A stretch of 64,000 nucleotides of DNA. Source: Magallana gigas (taxonomy: Eukaryota). Each line of letters starts with the position of its first letter. Within the stretch, counting starts at the first letter, position 1. Both the position numbers and the translations under genes were made by a program. This document shows, in pieces, positions 1 to 12,400 of the stretch. The notes beneath the pieces are model-generated. The model was given only the letters and a program-made list of their open reading frames with translations. It did not search any database and was not told where the DNA came from. The DNA lies in NCBI RefSeq assembly GCF_963853765.1, contig NC_088860.1:7750001-7814000 (forward strand), given 5' to 3'.

Positions 1-702
1 TTCATTTCTGAAACTCAATATAAATATGTACTGGTATGTCCATAGATTTACAAATATCTATTCCAGGACAAATTCTTGCTGTTGTTAATTTACTAGACGA
101 ATTGAGTTTGTGAAACTATAGTTGTATGTCCCCACAAACACCATTGAGTTTCATTGATGTAAATCTGACCTTTGACCTCTATCAATGGCCTTAACTCTTT
201 AGTTGACAGACCTCCAAACTTGTTTTCCACTTGACCAGTATCTTTTATACAAATTACTATGTATTGATATATTTGGGAGACAAAGAAATCTTCTATTTTT
301 AATAGTGAGGAAAAAAAACTTCTACCAAAAAATATGCCCAAAATATATCAATTAATGGTAAACTGTTCCAGAACTTTATATCATTTTATCTTTGCTTGCC
401 GAAAGTTTATGATCCAATTCGATCCTATACAGCTCTAACAAAGATGATACAATTGATGATAGATCCGCTAAATCTTTATGTAGACGAAATAAGCTGTAAA
501 GATAACGCTCACAGCTGCCATAAATTTAAACAGTGCTGTACAATTTATAAGTGTATTGATTGCCAGTAAAAAAGCACCAATAAAGATGTCTAGCGTTCAG
601 CATACCATTCACAGATCATCAATTTATGGTTGTATAAATTCATGAAACCATCAATGAAATGCTTTTAATCATACTCATTCATGCAATAGTTCACTAACTT
701 AC

Positions 703-3700
703 CTAACATACTGGTGGCCATGCGTAGTTCTAGTGAGGAAATTCCATGTGCGTAACTCTGAAAATCATAAAAAAATGTAATATGACATGTAAATGTAACA
801 TAATTTGAATGATGTTTCCTGGTATTGCCCTAATGAATTATTCTTTATCATAAAAAATGGAATTACTGAATTGATATAATTTCAAAATGTAACAATGGTT
901 ATTATAATGCACTTTTACTATATACTTATAGAAAATACCGATATATGCTTCGCCCTGTACATTGGTAAAAATTTACGAATCAGAAATACATCTCATCCCA
1001 ATGAGCTTATGTTTCTATATAATAATATTTTACAAAGACTTTACTGTCATGTCATTTTAGATAATGTTCATATTATATATGATGCATGATCTTTTTAGTT
1101 GAAAAATGGTCAAGGTCATATGTAATACTATGCAACAAGGAACTAACATTTGATCATAAATACAAACAAGATGTTTGTGAAACTCTTATGCCCCCCCTCC
1201 TTTGGAGACCTCTGCGAAGAAAACGAATAGAAACTGAAAATAATTGGAATTGACCTAGATATTATTATGATAAATATGTATACCAAACTTTATTTCAGTA
1301 TAGGCAATCTCTGCAAAGAAAATGAATGGAAACTGTAGGAGGACCAACAAACCGACCGACAGACAGACAGACGGCAAAGCAATATGCCCTCTCTTCTTCA
1401 AAAGGGGGCATAAATATCTAAATGTACTTATGGCATATCCGTAATCAGATTCGATTAGCATCAAATTCTGTCTAGTTCCTAACTCCTAAATACTGCTAAT
1501 CAGTTATGCCAATTAAGATGCACCATATAGATGCAAGTTTGGTGAAGCTAAGACCATTAACAACTAAGAAATGGGATGTGCTCAAACAACTTAAACCAGT
1601 TTTGCCATGTTGCAATAATTACGACCCCACCCCCCTCATACGACGGTAAAGTAAGCATTTGATAGTCATACCTTCAGCTGTGAAACACTTCGTTACTTCA
1701 TCTTCAATAATTGTCTGAAATTTAAAAGATATAGCGAAGTGCAATAATGATTCAAAATAAGAACAAAAATACGTGCCTCAATAATTGTAATACACATGCC
1801 TGCATAGAACATTCTTTCATAAGCATTCATATTTTTACTAGATATTTAATGAAATATTAATGCAATACAAATTACACATTTTTTTGTTATTTCGTAAGAA
1901 GTACATGTATATTCATACAGAATAAGGAATAAAATTACTGTAAACAAACTTAAATTAGATGTATAAACTTTATTGCATGATCTACCATCTAGCTAGTGGT
2001 AGACTGCTTGAATACCAAGCCTTAAAGAGGCATGGTCATGATTTTTGTCAAATTTTATTTTTGTGTTTTCATTATTTAAAATGCTTTATGAAGGCATTTC
2101 AAATGATCAAATAAAATTTGAGTGTCAGTCTTAGAGTTATAAGCAAGATATAGTGCTTACAATTCTTTGTCAAGTAAACAAGGCTCATCCCCTGTTTTTG
2201 TTTACATAGGTTCAATATAGCTTACAATTCTTTACAGGAAAACAAAGCTTCCGTTTACATTTTGAATGTTGATGTGAAAATTCCAGTTTTAGAATGTGTT
2301 AAATGTTAGGAAATGTTAATCTATAACTCATGATACTCAAATTTTGGTTGCCTATTAAAAATGCATCACTTAAGCATTGTAACCATCAAAATGGGAAAAA
2401 AAATAATTTTTTTTACCAAAATCGTGACCATGCCACTTTAAAATAATCTAAAACAATGCACCTAGAGCTAAGTTGTGGCAAGAAATATTTGTGATGACAA
2501 AGGTCTTCGGAAATTTTCTTGCACACCAATTAAAATTGGTTAACAATACTATTTTCATTCAATGGTTCTACTGAAAGAAAATAGATGGACATACGTCTGT
2601 ACAGTACCTCTACTCCACATTTTGCAAAATACATGATATCTGACATGTGGAATTCTTTCTTAAGATTTGTTAGGTCATAATCGGCCCGATTGGACGGAAT
2701 ACGGATTCCTTGGTAAGCGTCTATGGCAATGTCTCTCTGTATTAGAGGGTCACCTACAGAAAAACAGTTAGTAAAAATGACAATTATAATCAGTTACTTT
2801 TTTAATATAATGGATTTCAGTTTCACCCCTGACTGTTTCAACACCACAAATTTTCAAAAGTTCATCTTTTCACATAATATATATATTATCGTAATATGTG
2901 GAAATTGTGTAAAAGTTTGATATTTAGTAAATCATTATAGTTTGTGGGTCACCATGCTTTTTGAATAATCAATGTTACATCTTGAGAATTGGTACCAAAA
3001 TACCAAATCTATTTTTATGAGCTTGTTTCTATATACATCAAGGTAAATTTTTCAGGGGAAATGAAACCTTTTCAGTAATTGGATACATATCCAGGGTTTT
3101 AAGAAAATTCATTCAATTGCATGTGGTCAATTTCAATTTTAAACATAACTTTGCATTATGGATCAAAAACCTTTTCTTTGGAGGCATCTTATTGTTCAAA
3201 TTATGTTGATATACAACATCATATACCTTACTGGATGGTTATAATGACCTACTACTGTTTAATACTTGTCAAAGTCCGGTGCCCTGATAGTTATGAACTA
3301 TACACACACGTGGAGTTGATATGCTTATTACACAACTGTATGATAAAGCAATATGCGTATATAAGAATTGTTTTCTCAATGTACAGATTCATCAGACAGA
3401 TTAGTGAAAATTATTTCTATGTAGATCTGTCCTAAGTACTACAAGTACTACAAAAATTCATTTATCTCTAGTTTAATGCAACACTATGTGTATCATATAA
3501 ATGTAGGATAAAATTATAATATCTTATGATATCCTGGTATTTACAAATGTAGATATATATATATATTTATTTTTTCCATAGTCTTATATCTATATATAGT
3601 TATTGTAAGTATACATGTACTTGTAGTGAGGTATCATCTGGAAAATATATTCATTCAGCTTGATAGTTGTATTTAAGCTCGCAAGGCCCTTGGGTATACG

Positions 3701-6293
3701 TACATGTACCACTGTAATTGTTAAATACTTATACACATAGAACATTAAATATCAATTGACGATCTTTCTAAAGATAGTCATCTGTATACTTTTTGGGATT
3801 GTCAATTTTTATTATGGGTGTGTCAACAGCTGTTTAAAAATGTGTAATATTTAGCTAAATAGGGCTAATCATGGAATAGCCAGAATAAACCTTTCAAGGC
3901 AATCCAAACTAGAGTGAACTAGACGAATACAACCCGGACCTTTTCCTGATGCTAGCCTTGAAGTCTAGACTATGACATTGAGGAAAATTACCAGCCACAT
4001 TATTTTTTTATACTATTTTACAGAATATTTACACTGACTAAAATAAGGGAATAATGGTGATATAAAGGCAAAACTAAAGTGAGCGTTTCAGGCTCCCACG
4101 AGCCGAGTGTTGGTCTACCCTATCGAACAATCACCCTCGAGTCTAAAGATGTTTGATTAAGGTTCATTCCACACAAAGTCCCTGTATGTGTTTGCGAGTA
4201 TGTGCATATCAATCATAAAAATAGACACCTGTCAACAGAGAGCTACAGATAAGAGATAAACTGTTTGATACAATCCCAGTACCAATGTGTGTATCTAATT
4301 AATCTATGTATTATGAACTGTTTGTCAGTGGAAAATGAAAAAAAAAATTCCCACATTTAAACAAAAACATTTAAACTATGATATTTTTGTGTATGCTTCA
4401 TTGAGGATACATCTTTTTTTGATATACAATGCAAAAAGGACAAAATATGTTCAAAGTTAGCATTTCATATATATATATATACACACAAGTAAGAAGTAAA
4501 TCTAAAATGATTCAAAAATATAAAAACTTATCCAATATATTCTTCTTTTCATTCATATAAAGTATGAAAATTCAAGAGCATAGAGCAGAGAGATAGCATA
4601 AGCTAGGCTGTATCTGTAATGGTTATATTGGTAACATGACTGCATACAGCAATTTTCATTTAATTAGTGTATCATCTAATCAATACACACTAGGAAGGAC
4701 AACTAGTTCCTTATATTGATACAAACCTCCATTTTCTGTTGTTTCTTTGTCCGACCTGTCCGAGTCATCGTGACTCTCCGAATCTTTTGGTTCTCTTTGA
4801 TATCGCTGTTTTTCATACCTCTCTATCTTGGATTTGCCAAACTAAAATAAAAATAAAGAATATACACTTGCTGCTACAGATGTTATAGCTTTCACTATCA
4901 CCACTGTAACACAATTTGTGGAGCACATTGCAAGTTATGGTTTGATAGATCTGATTCCAAAGATCATGGAAAAATCAAAATAATGTGATTGTCAGCTCAA
5001 ACTTGCATTCGACACATTAAATCTTTGAGACCTGTATAAGTCATTGTTGAGCTGCTTATTGCTTCTTTTTTATTATGCCTCTTATTATCTGAATTTCACC
5101 AATGTTTTTAAAAGCATTCAATCTGAATCTTATCTCCCACAATAATGTTACATATATATTTAAATAAAAATGCAAAAAATTACTTTTCAAATAACCAATG
5201 GCATTGGCAATGGACAAGAGGCATCACTACTAAGATTGAGCATATGATCTTTTGCTAAAATCAAAGTCTTATTATTTTCCTGCATTTTCTATTAAATAGA
5301 AAATGCAGTAAAATAATAAGACTTTGATAATAGGGATTAGGGGAGAAAACAGCTTTTTTTAAAATTTAATTTATAATAAATTTGTTTGGCATGGAAATAC
5401 ATATATTTACATTCCACATATTTTTAGCTTGTAAAGTGTGTTGAAAGCTATAGCAGCTATAACACTGTAATACACACTGGGTACACAAAGGTTAAAATGA
5501 AGAGTTTTATTATGACGTCACAAACGTTGAACACTGTAAACTGCAACGTCACAGGCGAAAATCAAAGTTCATGTTCGTGGCTGTTACAGTGACTCTTCCA
5601 TTAATATGAACTTACCCATAGGATAAAATAGGAATTCTAAGGTATAAATCCCATTTGCAGACAAGGCAAGAAGTTAAAAAAATATATATAAATATATAAG
5701 CATATATTACAAAAACTGTCCTATTATAATGATTAACAAACCATGCGCATGCACTTACATGTAGCCATAGAAAACTCTAGAATTCGATGAGTGATGACAG
5801 TTTAATTTCATATTTGACTGAACACATATAATGCCCTGTGTTGTATAGTTAAATATATTACTTACATATACAAATTCATTTCTGTGTATATGTATATAGA
5901 TAATATTCTGAATACAGATATGAGATTAAAAATCTATAATATTTTTTAATGTAGTGTTTATTGAATGAAAAATGTTAACAATTCAAGCATGTGTAAGATA
6001 CGTATATTCTGCACCTATGTAAAACTATAGTAACCGTATTGATAGTTCATTTAATTTGTGATGCAAGAATTATGGATTGTTGATAATTACAGAACCAGTT
6101 CAACGGCATGAATGAAAACAGAGGGTAAATAGATAGGGAACTTTACCTCAAATATACTGAGTAACACACTTGTGTATAGTTTTCTTATTCCAAGTGACTT
6201 TCCTATAGCTGCTAAAACCACTGTTAGGCCAATCACACAACACACAGTGGAACACAACAAATATAAAGTTAATTTTAAAAACTCTCCGTCCAT
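703..6293 (-). CDS. GPAT4: Glycerol-3-phosphate acyltransferase 3/4-like (ER GPAT), 5' part only; complement(join(703..757,1672..1714,2608..2753,4727..4841,6147..6293)); continues beyond the window start
   Basis: All five exons have GT-AG ends and compatible phases (0,1,0,1,2). The translation MDGEFLKL...GKSLGIRKLYTSVLLSIFE / FGKSKIERY... / ...KEFHMSDIMYFAKCGVE / TIIEDEVTKCFTAE / ELRTWNFLTRTTHGHQYVS follows the GPAT3/4 N-terminal motifs in order (GIRKLY, SDIxYF, DDEVTKxFxAEEL, WNLLxRT). GPAT3 and GPAT4 cannot be told apart here. Confidence 0.93.
1165..1413 (+). mobile_element. Short non-autonomous Helentron-associated element (HINE/DINE-1-like) in a GPAT intron
   Basis: Starts AACAAGATG. Inverted subterminal pair TTATGCCCCC...GGGGGCATAA, internal (GACA/GACC) microsatellite, 3' hairpin ATGCCCTCT/AGGGGGCAT, A/T-rich flanks. 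Confidence 0.7.
2022..2441. mobile_element. TTAA-flanked MITE, family K1 (Kolobok-like), in a GPAT intron
   Basis: TTAA at 2022-2025 and 2438-2441. TIR AG(A/T)GGCATGGTCA(T/C)GATTTT. Homologous copies at 52273-52670 and a partial one at 49208-49355. AG..CT termini with a TTAA target fit Kolobok. Confidence 0.75.
5261..5327. repeat. Near-perfect 67-bp inverted repeat in GPAT intron 1
   Basis: 31-bp arms TCAAAGTCTTATTATTTT(C/A)CTGCATTTTCTA with 1 mismatch and a 5-nt loop TTAAA. Confidence 0.85.
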
Positions 6294-7544
6294 CCTTATT
6301 TCGTCTGCATATAGGAAAACAACGGAAAGAAAATAAACGAGCGGGTCGATTTCGACCCAAAACAATTCGGTCCTGTTCTTTTTTGACAAGCTCTTAATTC
6401 ATGACATGTTGTAAAATCAGCACAGTTGAATCATTCTTTGTATTGGGTGCAACCTAAAAGGGTTTCATCAGCAACAAACTAGACCTACATCACATCTTTT
6501 TGCTCAGTCTGATTTTTTGGTTCGCTCTGCGTTCACGAGCAATCAGTGTCACATAGAAGCTTTTCTTATCTAAGGTCAAGGACATTAAGCACGGTTGATA
6601 ATTTTAACCTTGTGGAGTTTGCAAAATTTAGATAATTAATGTTAGAAATGATCATTTAGATATTTTTTTTAACCATCTCATAGTTCAATTATAGTGATGA
6701 GCAAGGAATATAAGAACTTTATATAATGAAATTGATTAATTTGTGTAATCATGGTAATGTTTTGTAATTAATAAATTTGCATGTAAAACGTTAACTTTGT
6801 GCATGCATTTAGCACGATAAAAAAATGGAATCCATCATCAGAACAAGATAGTTTTATATTAGTTTCCAACTAGACACTTCCGTTAAAAAATGTTGCAGAA
6901 AGTTGATATATGGAAAAAATAAGGAGGTGTTCGATATATATCTATATACACAAATATATTGACCATTTAAAATGGGATAAGAGCAAATGTAGCTACAATC
7001 TTTAAAGTTAATTAGACTTCAGCGAGATTCGTCAAGACTTACTTAAATTTTTGACAATGCTACACACATTATCAATACACGTATATTACCCACGCACGTA
7101 CGTACATTGTAGCATTGTTTTTTTAAATCAGGGGGGGGGGGGGCAATTTCATCCAAAAATTCTTGACAAGCCAACCCCCCCCCCCCCAAAAAAAAAAAAA
7201 ACCCCGGCAACTTCTCAAGATCATGAAAATACTAATCCGTATGTGTGTGTGTGGGGGGGGGGGTCGGGGGGGGGGGGGGGGGGGTCCGTCATTTACGGTA
7301 GTTAGTGGGAGCTAGAGGCCAATCCATGATAATTAATTCTTTATATGTAATTTTTAAAAAAATCTTCATGGGATCGTGTCTCCAATTTAAACACATATGA
7401 AGATTTTAATTGTGTTTTCGTCCTTTAATTCCATTTGCTTGCGGTGAATGGTGCCCTTTTTCTTTTTTTACAAACTACACACATGTAGATAATAACAAAA
7501 TATCAAAATGCATGTACAATCAAAATTGTATATATGGCACGCCA

Positions 7545-8570
7545 AATTCACAAAAATGAGCTAAACATAGTTTCACAGTCGATAAACTAGGTTTATCGAC
7601 TGTTAACTATAGTTTACGGATCGTAAACTATTGTTACCGACGTTAATCTATATTTCACATCTGTAAACTATAGTTAATGCGATAATCTATGTTTCACATC
7701 TGTAAACTATAGTTACAAATGTAACACTGAAAACAATCATTTGCGGTTGTTAAACATAGTTTATCTGATAAATAGGGTTTTATGATCAGTAAACTACGCT
7801 TTACAAATCTAAACCACACCAAATTCACATAAATTAGCAAAACATAGTTTCACAGTCGATAAACTAGGTTTATCGGCTGTTAACTATAGTTTATGGATCC
7901 TAAACTATAGTTACCGACGTTAATCTATATTTCACATCTGTAAACTATAGTGTACGAATGCAAATCTATGTTTTTCTGTCTGGAAATACATAGATAGTAA
8001 TAGCTTTTGCTGATAAATATAGATTCACAACTGTAAACTATAGTTGACATTCGTAAACTATAGTTTAGAGTTGATAAATATAGTTTTACGATTGTGAAAC
8101 TATATTTATCAGATACAATTTGCATTCGTGAACTAAAGTTTAGAGTTGTTAATCATAGTTTCACAATGGTAAAACTATATTAATCAGATAAACTATGTTT
8201 AACAATCGCAAATGATTGTTTTCCAGTGTTAACTATAGTTAACAGATGTGAAACATAGATTATCGTGTTAACTATATTTAACAGTCGATAAACCTAGTTT
8301 ATCGACTGTAAAACAATGTTTAGCTCATTTTTGTGAATTTGTCTGATAAATGTAGTTTCACGATTTGTGAAACTATAATTAACAACTCATAACTATAGTT
8401 TACGATTGTAAATTATAATTAACAAATGTGAATCTATATTTATCAGCGAAATCTATTGTTAACGTTTTTTACAGATAGATAAACTATGATTATCACTCGT
8501 AAACTTTAGTTTACATTCGTGAAATATAGTTTCACTTCACAGATGTAAACTATAGTTAACGAATCGTTAT
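7545..8570. repeat. Foldback-like modular array built on an AACTATAGTT unit with long inverted arms
   Basis: About 7545-7768 is inverted at about 8183-8341. About 7825-7955 directly repeats about 7545-7665. Contains the perfect hairpin GTCGATAAAC-TAG-GTTTATCGAC several times. Confidence 0.8.
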
Positions 8571-8915
8571 AAATATGTTGCATGTCGACATAAATATGTT
8601 GCATGTCAACATATTTATCTTGCATGTTAATATAACTAAGTTGCATGTCGACATAAAAAAAGTTGCATGTTAACATAAATAAGTTGCATGTTGACATCAA
8701 TAGGTAGCGTATCTTGCATCTTGGATGTCACATGTTGGCGATATTTGAGTTTTTTCATTACTCTTATTTGATCGCAGTTTTCTTGCATGTTAACATAGTT
8801 ATGGTGGCTTGCATGTTGACATAACTATCGTGCATGTCAACATCTTTATCTTGCATGTCGACATAATCAATAGAAATATAACTTGCACACAAGGGGCAGA
8901 GATATGCCACCATAC
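8570..8915. repeat. Roughly 21-bp TTGCATGT(C/T)(G/A)ACATA minisatellite-bearing dispersed repeat
   Basis: Tandem GCATGTCGACATAAATA-type units. The same units and the same flanking motif AGGTAGC.TATC..GCATCTT recur at 13020-13375. Confidence 0.75.
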
Positions 8916-8968
8916 AAACTAATGTTATTTATGTCTCTGGTTGAACTGATTGCTATTATAATTATAAA

Positions 8969-9188
8969 TTAAGGAGGCTGGGGGTCAAAATATAATATAG
9001 TATAAAACCATCAGATTTATTTGAAAATTTTATAGGCGATTTCTGAAGCTATCAACTACTACTTGATAAAGAAAATTTTCATATATTTTAATATAAAATT
9101 TTATCATTTTCCAGTATCTTTATATGGAGCTCTTCTTTTAAAGGAGATCAATATTGTCTAAAATGGCAGCCACCCCCAGCCCCCTTAA
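8969..9188. mobile_element. TTAA-flanked MITE (Kolobok-like, GG..CC termini)
   Basis: TTAA-GGAGGCTGGGGGTC at the left end; CACCCCCAGCCCC-TTAA at the right end. Imperfect TIR of about 14 bp. Confidence 0.6.
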
Positions 9189-9482
9189 TAATACCTTCCA
9201 TGTTTACATTGCTTTTTTTGTCAACATATTATCTTGCATATCGACACATTTGGTAGTAAAATAATTTGTACAAAGGGGAATTCAAGCTATTCGAATCTCC
9301 AAGGATACACGGAGCATGCATTGTGTCCGATGCATGGGGAACTTGTTATCCACTTTTATCCGATTGTAACAATTTGGAACAGTTGTGAATATTCCGAACT
9401 TCTCGGGAGGTTACATGTCTATGCGTTGTTCAGCCAAATCCTCACTTGTGTTGACCTCCATCGAGTACAACGGCCAAAAACA

Positions 9483-12400
9483 ATGTCGTTCAGGTATTGG
9501 AGGACCGTCCCAGTCAATAATCCTGCTTTAAGGGTAAGGGACTCAATAACAGAAGACGTTAAAGCATTCAAACACTTTTATTGACGCAGTTGCAAATAAA
9601 TGCATTTCGAATTTCCTCGAAACATTTTAATCTGTGGTCGTCGCGTGGTAGTGTATGTATTCTTTAACTATATCATACTTATGTAGTCTGCGTTCTACCA
9701 ATGTGTATTTTTGAAGTACACATACGGAGGAATTGAGGTCACTAAAAGACCAAGACCTGATGTTTAGATAGATTTTTGTCAAAGGCCGATCAATTTAGAA
9801 TTACCATCTGATTACCCTAAATCTACCACAGGGGCTCGTCACGAAGTTTTTTCAACCTTTTACATCTACCACCTCTATACACAGTGTATTTTATTGTATA
9901 GAGGTGGTAGATATAAAAGGTTGAAAAAACTTCGTGAGGAGCCCCTGTGAATCTACTGTAGCATCTTAACTAAAGAAGGTGATAACCATTTTTTTTTTAA
10001 AATTATCATATATTATTTAATGTATTTGGAAACCCAACCCCAATGCTTCCAAATTATACAAAGGAAAAAGAAAAAATTATGGAGAAATGTGCAATGTATA
10101 TATGTATTCCATGTCCCTCTACCGGTATTTATCATTATAATATAGTCTGTCATTATAAACTTGCATCTTTTGCTGTATTAGGCCCAGGGGTTTATGATTT
10201 GCACAAATAAATGTAATGGGATAGAAGAACACATGACAGACGGTGACTGCAGACCGGACTGGGATTTGATCCTAGGCCCCCTGAAACTTAAAGGTCATAT
10301 GAAACGATTTTTAACACTATGATTTTCTTTCATGAATATAAAGCTTGGTATAAACAAATGTTAAAATACATGATGTAAGATTTTTTTGCCTTTGCACTAC
10401 TGAGAAATAACCGTGAAAACTGAGCACCTGAAAAAATTCTTGCCCGCTTATCGTTCTTGATTTTGTGGATTTATGACGTCACAAAGACCCACCGATTTTA
10501 ACAATGCATTAAAACTAGTGTAATTTTACAGTAGTTTATCGATTAAATTTTAGTAATTTTTGCATAAGTTTATCGATTAAATTTTAGTAATTTTTGCATA
10601 TATGAACGTGTCTTTCTCTTCAAATGAGATCATTTGATTTCGTAGTAGCCTACAGATGACTTAGTTTTAATTGGTCGTTAATGAATAAATCTAATATCAG
10701 CTTCTCACAAAAGTAAAATCATGATGAAGATCCCATACTGGAGTGGAAATTTAACGAAAGAAATGCTCCAACATTTACAGCTGATTTTAATAATGAATTA
10801 TCCTTATCCTTTTGAAATAGAAACATCCTTTTCTTCTTCGGTACGTATAATGATTGAGCTACATTTAAAGGGAATTAAAGCATTTAAATTGATTTGATTT
10901 ATTTTGTCACATAAAAAAGTATATAAGGCAGGCCAATGAAAATGTTTGAGGCATTGCGTACATAGTTTGTATTTAAGAGCTGCTATAAAATGCCGCAAAA
11001 TTATTCTTAAATTTTATTTCGAAATAATATAAATTTCTGACTTATTGATATACATGTAGCAATATCTTTAGAAAATACTTTGTGTACACGTGTATTAACG
11101 TTTTATTAAATTAGATCGTGGAAATATGGCATTTAAGGATTTAGAAATGTATCGGTAAAATAAATCGGTTGTTTGATAAAAATAGTTGTGAACGAATGTG
11201 AAGATAATCAACAGATTTTATTAAGAACAAGCATCAAGAATGATAAAAAAAACGAAAGAAAACATTGCGGAAGAAAGTGAGATAAAAGGGATCTGTGAGT
11301 AAACACTGCACATACATGTGCACGTTTTAAAATCAAAACACCGCACATTCAAGTACACGTTTCAAAAACAAAACATTTGAAGATATTTCTCTTTGACTAA
11401 AAATAATCAAATGGTAACATATTTGTGAATTTGAAAGTGAAACAAACAATATAATCGTGAAGCGAATGAGGCACAATGAGGCCTACAAGTTGTTTAGAAA
11501 AAAAATCTTAATGAATTGCATGAACGTGCAAATGGGAAAAAACGATCAGACTTATTTTTGAATTTGTCAATTTCATTAAAAAGATCAAAATAAAACATAT
11601 AAATATGCTTATATTAAAATTATATTATACTTGCATGTGGATCTATGAAGAAAATCATTTATTCTCCCTGCAGTCTCGAAACTGAATATCATTATGTACA
11701 CGCTATTACATGTAAATAAAAACGCACACGATTTCATTTCTTGAGAGAAAAAATACTGACGTGGTTGATTATTGTATAATTATACAAGTTTTTATATAAA
11801 ATAGTATTCTTTTTCTTTTAAAATGCTGCAAAATGACATGGATATTTGTATTCACAACATAGCTTTATAAGGCGATTGGGTCTTACTGACGTCATAAGCA
11901 AGGGAGGTAAGCCGCGTAAGTCAATGTTCCTTTTCCCGATTAAGTAATTTTGATCGACTGTGGCGCTCACATTTTGCATAAAATATCCAAAAAACAACGT
12001 CAGTCTTATTAAATAGGCACTTATGAACTCATTCCCGTATATAACTCAATATGGTCAGGATATCGTTTCATATGACCTTTAAGTCTATAGACTCTACCAA
12101 CAATATTTTGATAACCACTTGACCAACACTTGCATAATTATTCCAAAGATCTTAACACTTTGATGCTTATTGGTTAAGGAATTATTAAGGTCAAAATCTA
12201 GTAAATGAAAGGTGCCTACAAGTTATTGAAAATTAAGATATAAATTCTTTCAGTTTCACTTATGCATCATAATATATGCATCATAATAATGAAAGAGTTT
12301 ACCGAGGCTTAAATTTTTATAATAACAATAAAAAATCAAGTTTCAAACTGTTATTTTCTATGAAATATGAAAGAAATAGGTAACAAATCTCAAAGTTTTT

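Noticed and set aside
6294-6389. Longer N-terminus for GPAT suggested by the ORF track (start 6389)
   Set aside because: Similarity to GPAT3/4 begins near ATG 6293; the upstream part looks like 5' UTR. It cannot be excluded without transcripts.
8506-8700. Repetitive ORFs in minisatellites (8506-8700, 7925-8125, 13170-13361, 63107-63397) and CRISPR-like periodicity
   Set aside because: Tandem 21-bp units without unique spacers; no cas genes; eukaryotic context; the ORFs are by-products of the repeat.
9234-9584. 116-aa ORF as a stand-alone gene
   Set aside because: Only 9483-9533 is supported (ATP5ME exon 1 with a GTAAGG donor); the rest is read-through into flank and intron.
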